Shown: positions 1-7,469, counted from the stretch's first letter. The stretch: DNA of 20,000 nt from an uncultured virus (IMG/VR IMGVR_UViG_3300006128_000009) (IMGVR_UViG_3300006128_000009); one strand, 5' to 3'. Program-made: numbers and translations. Notes: a model not told the origin generated them from the sequence alone.

Positions 1-7
1 CATAGTG

Positions 8-577
8 TCAGGCTTTTGTAGCATAAGACTTCCAGATGGTCAAGTCTAAATCTGCTGGTGTCATCTGGTGATTGATTGCCTCTGTCAAGAACAATTTCTC
101 AATCTCCGCATACTTCTTCTTTGCTGGTGTTGCCTTGGGAACCTTGTATCCCTTCTCACTCATCCACTTGAGGATGTGCGTATCAAGGACTGCAACCTTT
201 GCATCTGGTCGAGAGTGCAGGATAAAGAATCTCGCAGTCTTGCTACCGATACCAGAGATGCTCTCCAGTTCTTCGATGGTCACAGTCTTCAAACGACCCT
301 TGAACTTGAGAATCTCGGTGAAGGCATGACCGATCCTCTTGTATTGACCTAGCTTGAACTCCTTCATGTGGATCTCTAGCCAACCATTCTTATTCAAGAA
401 TTCGATATGTGCAAAAGGCTTGTCAATCTGCTCCCACATACAACGCTTGAGGAACTCGTCTAGCTTCCTTGCCTGTTGCTCTGCTCCCTTTCCTGCAACG
501 AGGATTGCGAACATGAGGAACTCTTCCAGTTCTTCCTCGGTGCGGTTGTAGTTGGTGATGGTGGTTGGAGTGATCAT
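8..577 (-). CDS. 8-oxoguanine DNA glycosylase/AP lyase-like protein (Ogg2 family, HhH-GPD superfamily)
   Basis: HhH motif LESISGIGSKTARFF (catalytic Lys), VAVLDTHI (catalytic Asp) and C-terminal KKYAEIEKLF...ADLDLTIW resemble archaeal/Thermotoga Ogg2. Start moved to the ATG at 577 (MITPTT), which overlaps the upstream stop as TGATG. Confidence 0.75.
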   Translation of the reverse strand: MITPTTITNYNRTEEELEEFLMFAILVAGKGAEQQARKLDEFLKRCMWEQIDKPFAHIEFLNKNGWLEIHMKEFKLGQYKRIGHAFTEILKFKGRLKTVTIEELESISGIGSKTARFFILHSRPDAKVAVLDTHILKWMSEKGYKVPKATPAKKKYAEIEKLFLTEAINHQMTPADLDLTIWKSYATKA

Positions 578-699
578 CAGAATAGGTGGATGATTGCGTT
601 GATGGTGGTAACGACAACCATAACAATACACACCAGCATCATGAATGCAAGGAATGCGATCAAGGGTATGAATGCTTCGGGTTCGATTTCAATTTTCAT
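577..699 (-). CDS. small membrane protein (40 aa, MKIEIEPEAFIPLIAFLAFMMLVCIVMVVVTTINAIIHLF)
   Basis: Translated by hand; fills the gap between neighbours, coupled to the downstream ATG, one hydrophobic helix. Confidence 0.65.
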   Translation of the reverse strand: MKIEIEPEAFIPLIAFLAFMMLVCIVMVVVTTINAIIHLF

Positions 700-704
700 T
701 TGGA

Positions 705-1031
705 TTATTGATCTGTAGTGTTCCAAGGAATGTTGTTGAAGTCAAACCAATTTTTGACCATAACAACAATTTCTTTTTTTAGCTTGTCTTGGTTCTCAAA
801 TTCTTGCCAATACTTTGTTCCAGTTGCTTTGAACACATTGTAATTCAATGCTTGAGATCCGATGCCTTTGCGAACTTCCACTAGAATGATTCTACCCCTG
901 TCATATGGTTTGAGATTCTCATTGACAAACTCATAGAATGTATTGAAGGACTCATAATCACTCCCTAAACAACGATGATCGGTCTTGATGTTGATGAGCT
1001 TGAGATCGGGTGTGTTGTCGTAGTATCTCAT
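705..1031 (-). CDS. hypothetical protein
   Basis: 108-aa ORF with TAATG coupling to the upstream gene. Confidence 0.7.
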   Translation of the reverse strand: MRYYDNTPDLKLINIKTDHRCLGSDYESFNTFYEFVNENLKPYDRGRIILVEVRKGIGSQALNYNVFKATGTKYWQEFENQDKLKKEIVVMVKNWFDFNNIPWNTTDQ

Positions 1032-1291
1032 TATCCGTGAATGTGTGCAGTGATTCCCTTGACTCCTTCAACAAAGGTGATCTTTGTCGCCCATCCTCGG
1101 ATGATGCAATGAGGTTGACGCTTCTGATCGTGACTCTCAATGTCTGCTCCGTGAGTCTTTACGAAGTTTGCCATGTGGCAGGTATCTTCCCAATGGACTG
1201 TCATCACATTGCGTCCCTGCTTCTTGGACTCAGCTTTGTAGTAGTGAAAGAAGAATCTCTTCTTCTTGGGTTTGGTGGTGGTGGTTTTCAT
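1031..1291 (-). CDS. hypothetical phage protein (basic, FFFHY motif)
   Basis: Likely start MKTTTT at 1291, just after the upstream stop at 1303; tightly packed operon. Confidence 0.7.
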   Translation of the reverse strand: MKTTTTKPKKKRFFFHYYKAESKKQGRNVMTVHWEDTCHMANFVKTHGADIESHDQKRQPHCIIRGWATKITFVEGVKGITAHIHG

Positions 1292-1302
1292 GGTGGTGAG
1301 TT

Positions 1303-1716
1303 TTAAGCCTTGCACAGAGACTTGAATGTGTCAAGCCTTTTTGATTGAACTTTCCAAATTGATTTGATGATCTGCATGGGTTTGTTTTCCAGATGGTCAT
1401 AGATCACACCATCAATAATACAGAAGGCGTGTCTCCTACGATTGACAACAAACCTACCAGTTGGATTTTTCTTTAAGAACTTTTGAATGGTAATACCCCC
1501 ACATTTGATCTTACGAAATTCTATTCCTTTTTTTCTGGCATGGTTCATCAGCTTCGATGTGTAGAATCCTTTACCATGCTTGCGTCCTGCTTCCTCACCG
1601 ATCTTGTATGCTTCAGTATAGGGAATCCCTGCCGCTGTTGCCAAGGCACAGATGGTGCAGTTGTTTGAATCATTGATACCAGACTTCTCGGCTGAAGTAG
1701 TGGGTTGGTGTCTCAT
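1303..1716 (-). CDS. putative papain-fold (C39-like) Cys/His/Asp hydrolase
   Basis: N-terminal NNCTICALA (Cys at helix start) and C-terminal RHAFCIIDGVIYD (His then Asp on strands); first gene after a promoter. Confidence 0.5.
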   Translation of the reverse strand: MRHQPTTSAEKSGINDSNNCTICALATAAGIPYTEAYKIGEEAGRKHGKGFYTSKLMNHARKKGIEFRKIKCGGITIQKFLKKNPTGRFVVNRRRHAFCIIDGVIYDHLENKPMQIIKSIWKVQSKRLDTFKSLCKA

Positions 1717-1725
1717 GGTTCCTAG

Positions 1726-1754
1726 AAGCTAATACAGACTTCTCAAAATTACAA
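1726..1754 (-). promoter_or_regulatory. sigma70-like promoter TTGTAA-N17-TAGCTT with AT-rich upstream element
   Basis: Read on the minus strand about 10 nt above the ATG at 1716; its upstream flank is similar to 7718-7768. Confidence 0.55.
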
Positions 1755-1786
1755 GCACTATTTTCAAAAATCTTTTTGTATGTATA

Positions 1787-1795
1787 TGGTAAGAC
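1787..1795. promoter_or_regulatory. single TGGTAAGAC box
   Basis: Exact match to the box family at 5.9-6.0 kb and 7.75-7.87 kb. Confidence 0.6.
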
Positions 1796-1851
1796 ACCAA
1801 CATACACTATACATTATATTACACTTTCTGTAATGTATTGTGCAGTGCAAT

Positions 1852-1878
1852 AAAAAACCTCTCACTAAAAGTAAGAGG
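1852..1878 (-). terminator. intrinsic terminator, probably ending the rII/tRNA transcript
   Basis: Minus strand CCTCTTAC-TTTTA-GTGAGAGG followed by TTTTTT. Confidence 0.7.
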
Positions 1879-1927
1879 AATCGAAATTAAAATTTGTTTT
1901 TTTTTTACAAAGTTGTATTTCGAATAC

Positions 1928-1935
1928 TATAAGTA
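1928..1935 (+). promoter_or_regulatory. T4-late-promoter-like TATAAGTA
   Basis: One mismatch to T4 TATAAATA, 5 nt before the HNH ATG; the same 8-mer precedes the gene at 9269. Confidence 0.5.
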
Positions 1936-1940
1936 TTTAT

Positions 1941-2441
1941 ATGAAATGTTTTAATTGCCAAAAAAAATTAGAAGGAAGATATCAAAAGAAATTTTGCTCA
2001 CAAAGTTGTGCGGCAACTTTTAATAATAAAATTTGTAAAAAGGGAAAAGGTGGAAAAAGAAATTGCCCAAGATGTAAAAAGGAATTTTTGAAACAAGAAC
2101 TTCCCCCTAGATGTCTTTGCTTTGAATGTAAAGAAGAAAAGAAAAACAATCTTCTTTATAATAAAGATTTGACAAAGAAAGAATTGGTCTATGAGAAACA
2201 TACTCATGGTGCGGCATATTCATACATTCGTTGGCACTCTCGTAAAGTAGTTCTAAAAGATCACCCTAAGATTTGTTCGGTGTGTGGTTACGATAGACAC
2301 GCTGAAGTTGCTCATAGAATCCCCATATCAGACTTTCCAGATGATGCAAAACTTTCGGAAATCAATTCTATAAGCAATCTTGTATTACTTTGCCCCAATC
2401 ATCATTGGGAATTCGATCATGGTAGGAGTGGAGGGACTTGA
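1941..2441 (+). CDS. HNH endonuclease with N-terminal Cys zinc-finger motifs (putative homing endonuclease)
   Basis: CFNC..KFCSQSC, CPRC/CFEC, then CSVCG..EVAHRIPI..NLVLLCPNHHWEFD. AT-rich, opposite strand to its neighbours, last 22 nt overlap tRNA-Lys. Confidence 0.85.
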   Translation: MKCFNCQKKLEGRYQKKFCSQSCAATFNNKICKKGKGGKRNCPRCKKEFLKQELPPRCLCFECKEEKKNNLLYNKDLTKKELVYEKHTHGAAYSYIRWHSRKVVLKDHPKICSVCGYDRHAEVAHRIPISDFPDDAKLSEINSISNLVLLCPNHHWEFDHGRSGGT

Positions 2442-2494
2442 ACCCTCTTTGTCTGATTAAAAGTCAGATACTTCACCTTAAAAGTTTCACTCCC
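2420..2494 (-). tRNA. tRNA-Lys (anticodon TTT), CCA encoded
   Basis: GGGAGTG-AA-ACTT-TTAAGGTG-AAGT-A-TCTGA-CTTTTAA-TCAGA-CAAA-GAGGG-TTCAAGT-CCCTC-CACTCCT-A-CCA folds as a cloverleaf. Confidence 0.9.
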
Positions 2495-2498
2495 ATGA

Positions 2499-2573
2499 TG
2501 GTGCATCGTGCAGGAGTCGAACCTGCATTGAGGAATTAGAAGTTCCCGATCCTATCCATTGAATGAACGATGC
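2499..2573 (-). tRNA. tRNA-Arg (anticodon TCT), CCA encoded
   Basis: GCATCGT..GGGAA-CTTCTAA-TTCCT..GCAGG-TTCGACT-CCTGC-ACGATGC-A-CCA; A20 arginine identity element present. Confidence 0.92.
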
Positions 2574-2584
2574 GTAATTTGTAG

Positions 2585-2657
2585 TGCCCCCGGAGGGATT
2601 TGAACCCCCAACCAATCAGTTATGAGCCGACTGCTCTGACCATTGAGCTACAAGGGC
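2585..2657 (-). tRNA. tRNA with CAT anticodon (Ile2-like, or elongator Met); CCA not encoded (ends A-CTA)
   Basis: GCCCTTG-TA-GCTC-AATGGTCA-GAGC-A-GTCGG-CTCATAA-CTGAT-TGGTT-GGGGG-TTCAAAT-CCCTC-CGGGGGC-A. Lacks initiator hallmarks; the anticodon arm resembles bacterial Ile2 tRNAs. Confidence 0.85.
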
Positions 2658-2672
2658 ATTGTTAAAGTTGCT

Positions 2673-2727
2673 GGTGGTGGTTGGAGGAGGGAGCCACTAC
2701 ACTCCCTCCCCCTCTCTTCACCACACC
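2673..2727 (-). other. GC-rich RNA hairpin between rIIB and the tRNA cluster
   Basis: Minus strand GGGGGAGGGAG-TGTAGTGG-CTCCCTCCTCC (11 bp including one G-U), extended by GGTG(T)GGTG/CACCACC; no U-tract. Confidence 0.6.
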
Positions 2728-2733
2728 TAATTC

Positions 2734-3765
2734 TTATGATCCCATTCCCGTCAGGAGATTCTTGATCCTCTTGAGAAGATCCTCGACTTTCTGGTCGTCC
2801 TCGCATCCACAGGAACCCTCACAGCATCCTGCTTCAAGGTGATCCTTCCCCTCGTTGCCGACCTGTGCCTCGTCCTGCTTGCAGACTTGATCGCCATGCT
2901 CGTCCTGCTGGTCACAGAAGCAATGATTCTCGTCGCAATCGGTATCGTCGCAATCGGTATCGTCCTCATCATCGTCATACTCGTCACCGTTCTCATCGTA
3001 GAGATCAGCGTCCCAACCAGACTCTCCACGATCCAGCTTGCTCCTCCAATCGTCGGTGTATTCACCGATCACCTCGTAGCGGCAAGTGCGTCCCTTGGTA
3101 TTGTTGTAGTCAGCAGGGATTGCGACCACATCAGCAGGATTGATCTTAACGATCATTGTGTGACCTCCGTTGCTATCGGAGAAGTGAGGGAGATACTTGA
3201 TGGAGCAGAAGTGCAACCCGTAGGAACAGGTGCGATTCTTGTCCTCATCGACCAGATTGCGAGGCATCTCACAAACAGATCCAACTGAATTGTTGTATTT
3301 GCCCGTGTAGATGTCCGTATAATCGGCCTTGACATTCTTGTAGGCAAGGAAGCAACCGTCAGTAGTGACAGGAAGCTCTCCCGCCTCAAGGAAATCATAC
3401 AGTTCGTTTATCGCCCGATAGGATGGATTCTGAAGAAGGTTCTCAAGGAACTTCAGCAGAGGGAGGAAGGGAAGATCATTACGCATAAACGAAATGATCT
3501 TTTTCGTCAGGGAGTTATGGATGACATGACCCTTGTATTGGATTGACCCGTCAACGATCTGGACATCACCAGAGACATACATGGACACATTCTGAACGAG
3601 GTCGTAGTTCTTTACGAACTCATCGAACTGGTATGCCCGTGCATTGTTGAGGAGCTTGTGGTAGTTGGGGTGTTCGGGAAGAGCCGTGTAGTTCTTACCG
3701 TTGATGAAGGCAACGATGGTTCCGTTGCCCGTGATGGTGACTGCATTGGTGTTGGTGTTGCTCAT
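2734..3765 (-). CDS. rIIB: RIIB-like protein (T4 rIIB family) with an acidic, Cys-rich tail
   Basis: DGCFLAYKNV..DY.D.YTG..NSVG..EMPR..VDED..TCSYGLHFCS..Y..VKINPADVVAIPADY..KGRTCRYEV; directly downstream of rIIA; likely start MSNTNT at 3765. Confidence 0.9.
   Translation of the reverse strand: MSNTNTNAVTITGNGTIVAFINGKNYTALPEHPNYHKLLNNARAYQFDEFVKNYDLVQNVSMYVSGDVQIVDGSIQYKGHVIHNSLTKKIISFMRNDLPFLPLLKFLENLLQNPSYRAINELYDFLEAGELPVTTDGCFLAYKNVKADYTDIYTGKYNNSVGSVCEMPRNLVDEDKNRTCSYGLHFCSIKYLPHFSDSNGGHTMIVKINPADVVAIPADYNNTKGRTCRYEVIGEYTDDWRSKLDRGESGWDADLYDENGDEYDDDEDDTDCDDTDCDENHCFCDQQDEHGDQVCKQDEAQVGNEGKDHLEAGCCEGSCGCEDDQKVEDLLKRIKNLLTGMGS
2930..2964. repeat. 15-bp tandem duplication (TCGTCGCAATCGGTA x2.3) encoding DDTDC-DDTDC
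   Basis: Perfect direct repeat read in the sequence. Confidence 0.85.
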
Positions 3766-3807
3766 AGCATTAAAGAATCTATCAGAGTGCGTGGTTGAAG
3801 TCAATGA

Positions 3808-5778
3808 TTATTTTTCAACCCTTGAAATAATTTCCAGAACGGTGTCAGCGTCCCAACCGTAGGAGAAAATCTTGTCAATCATTTTCTGGATAAATTTATC
3901 CTGTGCAACTTTTACCTTGCCATTCTTGAAATCAATCCAACCAGCGATTTGCTTGAACCTAGAAGTTTTCTCCTGTGCGTTGAAAATATAGTTGACAACT
4001 TGCTTGAACTCGCTAGTGGCAGGGAGGTCGATGAAAGCCTTCTTCTTGAGAACGCTATCGTAAGACCACCTATAAGTATTGGCAGTAGACATCTCATCCA
4101 CATCGTATGTAAGATCAATGTTCTCATTGACCCATGCTGTGAACTCCTGTGAGGTTTCTGGCAGGAACTTGACGCTCTGCTTGGGAATCATCACGACATC
4201 GGAATCGGAAAGCCCAAGGAAGGTCATGAGACGCTTGAGGTCACTTTTGTTATTGACATTCCGATCCAGACCCTCGACATCGAAGGTGAAATTCCAATCA
4301 TTATCCTTGACAATATAGAAGGAAGGATACTTGGCATCGGGACTGTTGCCGTCGATCTGGACTGCATCCCAACTACGGTTGTCGATATTCCCGATCTGGT
4401 AGACATTGAAAACTCCCTTGACTCTTGCCTTGCGACTACCATTGTTAGACCTTGACTGCTTGGGAGTGGTAGGGAGGGAGGAAGCAGGAGTGAAGCAATC
4501 AGCAGGGAACCCACTAGCGATCATGTCAGCATAAGACTCCTTGCTGAATACGGTGATGGACTTATCAGAATTGTCCTGAACATATTTCCTGACTCGGACA
4601 ATCGTTCCCCTCTCAAGGTCATCGTGAACCCACAGAGAAGAGAGACTAGGATACATACTCTCTGTCACCTTCTTTCTGAAATAGGAAGGCTTCCTGTATG
4701 TCATGGTGTGACCACTCTTTGCGATCTTGCTAATAAAATCAACTGGATTAGTTATGTCCTGTCCGTTCCACAGGATCTTGTCCTTGATCGTCAGACCGTC
4801 GATGTAGCTGAAATTCTCATTCAAGGTATGGACACACATCAATGCTCCAAAGACTGAAGTCTGATTTGCAATGCTCTCATTGACACTACGAATGAAATCA
4901 CTCTTGATAAATTCAAACTTGTCATTGAGTGCCTTGATCGTGGAGTCACAGTAAGACAGGTGTTCACGAGATGGGGCGAAGTCAATCTCTCCCATGTTGA
5001 AGTTAATCACCAGACATGCACGATAACAGAGTCGATAGTTCTTATTATCGACCTTGTGAGAATCAATAGGATACGCCACACCTCCCATGATGGCGTAAGA
5101 CTTGTCCAGACCTTTGAAGGACTTCCAACCATTACCAGAGAAAACAGGAGTCTCTTCATTCCAATCAATCTTTCCTCCCGTGATAATCGGCTTGACATCA
5201 AAGAATCGGAACGCCTTCTTGACCGACTGCTCAAAGATAGAGAAATCCTTCTCCTTAATCGGAATCTGGATCTTCACACCGTTGGACTCCGTAGTGTCAG
5301 AACGGTTCATCAGAGCAATAGCAGGTGTAGCCTGTTCGTTGAAGTAGGCATTATACACGCTACGCACACCGTTGAAGGTGCTGGTCACAACGAAATTGTC
5401 CGTATAGCAGAAGGGAGACTTGGAGCCAAGACCCAAGCAACCAATTTGAGTATTGGTATTGGTTTTAGTGGACTCGAAATAGGTAGCATAGATGGAATAG
5501 ATATTCTCATGAGAGATACCAGTTCCGAAATCTTCAATAGCAAGCCAAGGCTCAAGAGCATTAGGAAGATGGATGGCAAACGGTTCACCTCCCTTTCCAG
5601 CGGCGACCATAGCATCAGAGGCGTTGCAACCCAACTCACGAACAATAGCAAGAGGCTTATCGGAGTAGAGGTCAGAGAGGATCTGGAACGCCTTGCGAGA
5701 GGACTTCATCTTGAAGGTATTCTCTTCAGAGATAGTTCCGATCTGTTCGATAGTAGTAGTGGTGTCGATTAGTTTCAT
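3808..5778 (-). CDS. rIIA: RIIA-like protein (N-terminal GHKL/HATPase-like domain)
   Basis: KAFQILSDLYSDKPLAIVRELGCNASDA, EDFGTGIS, STK..IGCLGLGSKSPF, F.MGEIDFAPSREHLSY; paired with rIIB; start MKLIDT at 5778, below a promoter. Confidence 0.92.
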   Translation of the reverse strand: MKLIDTTTTIEQIGTISEENTFKMKSSRKAFQILSDLYSDKPLAIVRELGCNASDAMVAAGKGGEPFAIHLPNALEPWLAIEDFGTGISHENIYSIYATYFESTKTNTNTQIGCLGLGSKSPFCYTDNFVVTSTFNGVRSVYNAYFNEQATPAIALMNRSDTTESNGVKIQIPIKEKDFSIFEQSVKKAFRFFDVKPIITGGKIDWNEETPVFSGNGWKSFKGLDKSYAIMGGVAYPIDSHKVDNKNYRLCYRACLVINFNMGEIDFAPSREHLSYCDSTIKALNDKFEFIKSDFIRSVNESIANQTSVFGALMCVHTLNENFSYIDGLTIKDKILWNGQDITNPVDFISKIAKSGHTMTYRKPSYFRKKVTESMYPSLSSLWVHDDLERGTIVRVRKYVQDNSDKSITVFSKESYADMIASGFPADCFTPASSLPTTPKQSRSNNGSRKARVKGVFNVYQIGNIDNRSWDAVQIDGNSPDAKYPSFYIVKDNDWNFTFDVEGLDRNVNNKSDLKRLMTFLGLSDSDVVMIPKQSVKFLPETSQEFTAWVNENIDLTYDVDEMSTANTYRWSYDSVLKKKAFIDLPATSEFKQVVNYIFNAQEKTSRFKQIAGWIDFKNGKVKVAQDKFIQKMIDKIFSYGWDADTVLEIISRVEK

Positions 5779-5802
5779 GGGTAGTGGTTTGATTCGACCT
5801 CC

Positions 5803-5830
5803 ACAATACACATTCCAATTTCTCGTTCAA
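5803..5830 (-). promoter_or_regulatory. sigma70-like promoter for rIIA (TTGAAC-N16-TATTGT)
   Basis: Preceded by an A-tract UP-like element. Confidence 0.5.
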
Positions 5831-5880
5831 GACCTTTTTTTGAAAATTTTTCGATTATCATTTTATGCTTGACAACGACA

Positions 5881-6020
5881 TCATAGGACAATTAAAAAAT
5901 CATTGTCTTACCATCGCCCATAAAAGTCATAGAATGTATTTGTCAACTCAAAAATAAAAATGAATTGATTTTTATTTCAGAACAACATGATAAGACATTT
6001 ACACAACCATTGTCTTACCA
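5881..6020. promoter_or_regulatory. two inverted box pairs: TCATAGGAC-N15-GTCTTACCA (5881-5913) and TGATAAGAC-N15-GTCTTACCA (5988-6020)
   Basis: Same 15-nt spacer in both pairs; intergenic, between a terminator and the rIIA promoter. Confidence 0.7.
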
Positions 6021-6035
6021 TTAACGAAAATAACG

Positions 6036-6070
6036 AAAAACCCACCAGCGGGAATATCGCTGATGGGTTT
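6036..6070 (-). terminator. intrinsic terminator
   Basis: Minus strand AAACCCATCAGCG-ATATTCC-CGCTGGTGGGTTT then TT, downstream of the 6092 stop. Confidence 0.8.
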
Positions 6071-6091
6071 CGTGTTTAAAACAAACTGGAT

Positions 6092-6310
6092 TTACTTACG
6101 CCATGCAGTCCAGCGTCCGATATTGTCTCGGACATTATGATAGCGACACTTGAGTCGAATCTTTCCAAACTGATTTACAGGCCCAAGAACCTCATACTTG
6201 CTTGTGTTGATTGTCTCCTTGACAAGTGCAACCTTGGAATCCCGATTCATCTGGTTGAAGTTCTTCGTCAACCCGCTGAAGTCACGGATAATCATTGTTG
6301 TGTTGGTCAT
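6092..6310 (-). CDS. hypothetical protein (C-terminal RDNIGRW motif)
   Basis: 72-aa ORF with AGGAGGT Shine-Dalgarno upstream. Confidence 0.7.
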   Translation of the reverse strand: MTNTTMIIRDFSGLTKNFNQMNRDSKVALVKETINTSKYEVLGPVNQFGKIRLKCRYHNVRDNIGRWTAWRK

Positions 6311-6313
6311 TTA

Positions 6314-6511
6314 TTATTCACCTCCTTTTGTTTCATTTGATTTTCTGTTTTTCGCCTTTCGTTCAAGTCTCTTCTGACGAGAAAGTGCAATAGCTTCCTT
6401 CTCCTTATCTGTAAGTTCAAGGAGATCATACTTGGTTTCCTTATCCAACTTGTGCCAGATAGATTCACTCTTCATTAGATTCTTCGACTTTCTGATATGA
6501 TTCATGCTCAT
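6314..6511 (-). CDS. small basic hypothetical protein
   Basis: 65-aa ORF directly below a strong promoter. Confidence 0.65.
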   Translation of the reverse strand: MSMNHIRKSKNLMKSESIWHKLDKETKYDLLELTDKEKEAIALSRQKRLERKAKNRKSNETKGGE

Positions 6512-6517
6512 AATAAA

Positions 6518-6545
6518 AGTATATATGGTTTTCCTATATTGTCAA
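6518..6545 (-). promoter_or_regulatory. sigma70-like promoter TTGACA-N16-TATACT
   Basis: Near-consensus hexamers in a short intergenic gap; predicted TSS coincides with the ATG at 6511. Confidence 0.75.
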
Positions 6546-6548
6546 TCC

Positions 6549-6761
6549 TTAATCTTCTGGATGTGTTGCATTACAATATTCTGCAACTCCTGCATCATAC
6601 CCCACCCTGTAATAGTAGTGTCGGGTCTGTTCGGCATGACTAAAACTTCCCCCATCATAGGGATTAGTGTCAACTCCTTCTTCAAACCCATCCACAAATC
6701 CCTTGCAATAGGCAACGCTTCTACAGAGAATAGCAGGATCAAATGTCATTTCAGTTTTCAT
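6549..6761 (-). CDS. hypothetical protein, possibly Rmf-like fold (AYxxGxxDG..NPY..YxxGYxxG)
   Basis: Start MKTEMT at 6761 (ATGA overlap, GGAGG upstream); similarity by motif pattern only. Confidence 0.6.
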   Translation of the reverse strand: MKTEMTFDPAILCRSVAYCKGFVDGFEEGVDTNPYDGGSFSHAEQTRHYYYRVGYDAGVAEYCNATHPED

Positions 6762-6967
6762 GCTTCCTCCTTTAGCGTTTTTACGATCTCTTGGCAAGCA
6801 TTTAATACGGATTCTACTTCTTGATTTGTTTCTAAAATCTCCTCTGTCAAATCCTCATATTCTGGATTGGTAGCACCATTGCAAGACCACAGAGTTCCCT
6901 CTGCATTTCGCAAGGCATTATACATCTTCCAGAACAGATCGGTTTCTATTTCGATTGTGTTTTTCAT
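6758..6967 (-). CDS. hypothetical protein
   Basis: 69 aa, ATGA overlaps at both ends. Confidence 0.7.
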   Translation of the reverse strand: MKNTIEIETDLFWKMYNALRNAEGTLWSCNGATNPEYEDLTEEILETNQEVESVLNACQEIVKTLKEEA

Positions 6968-7161
6968 TTGTAGTGTGTTGTATGGGTGATTTTGTGGGTA
7001 TAAGAATCTCTGGTAGTCTCGACAATCGTATGAGGGACAGTATAGACCTTTGTAAGATATGCGTCATCAGAAGTAACCCAACCATAGTTTGCACTATCGG
7101 CTAGTTCCTGACCAAACTTCTCAACGATGAATTTGTATTGACTAGGAAAAAATAGATTCAT
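6964..7161 (-). CDS. hypothetical protein
   Basis: 65 aa, tightly packed in the operon. Confidence 0.65.
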   Translation of the reverse strand: MNLFFPSQYKFIVEKFGQELADSANYGWVTSDDAYLTKVYTVPHTIVETTRDSYTHKITHTTHYK

Positions 7162-7163
7162 TT

Positions 7164-7460
7164 TTAAGCCTCAAGGTTCAGATAGATTCCATCCTTTGTC
7201 AAGCCCCAAAGTGAATCGATAAAAGATTTCCATTCCTCTTCAGAACAAGTCTCAACATCCTCGTCATCAGAGAACCATTCGTAGGCATCATCAATGAAAC
7301 GAGCAAACCTCTCACCATTGATAAGAGTCAGATTATTGTCCCCAAAGGAAAAATCTGGATTAGAACTAGCAAGCATATCCCAAAACCAATCCCATTCAGC
7401 AGGAATAAGACTAGTCAGATCTACGACTTTGACTGTGCGTGGTGATATAGTGGTGTTCAT
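7164..7460 (-). CDS. acidic hypothetical protein
   Basis: 98 aa, tightly packed in the operon. Confidence 0.72.
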   Translation of the reverse strand: MNTTISPRTVKVVDLTSLIPAEWDWFWDMLASSNPDFSFGDNNLTLINGERFARFIDDAYEWFSDDEDVETCSEEEWKSFIDSLWGLTKDGIYLNLEA

Positions 7461-7469
7461 AGAATTGAA

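Noticed and set aside
1880..2441. HNH as part of a group I intron or split tRNA
   Set aside because: The flanking tRNA is intact and no interrupted gene or intron core is visible.
2751..5772. Long alternative-frame and antisense ORFs inside rIIA/rIIB (e.g. 4960-5772 +, 2839-3288 +)
   Set aside because: Shadow ORFs expected from the biased codon usage of the real minus-strand genes; no motifs.
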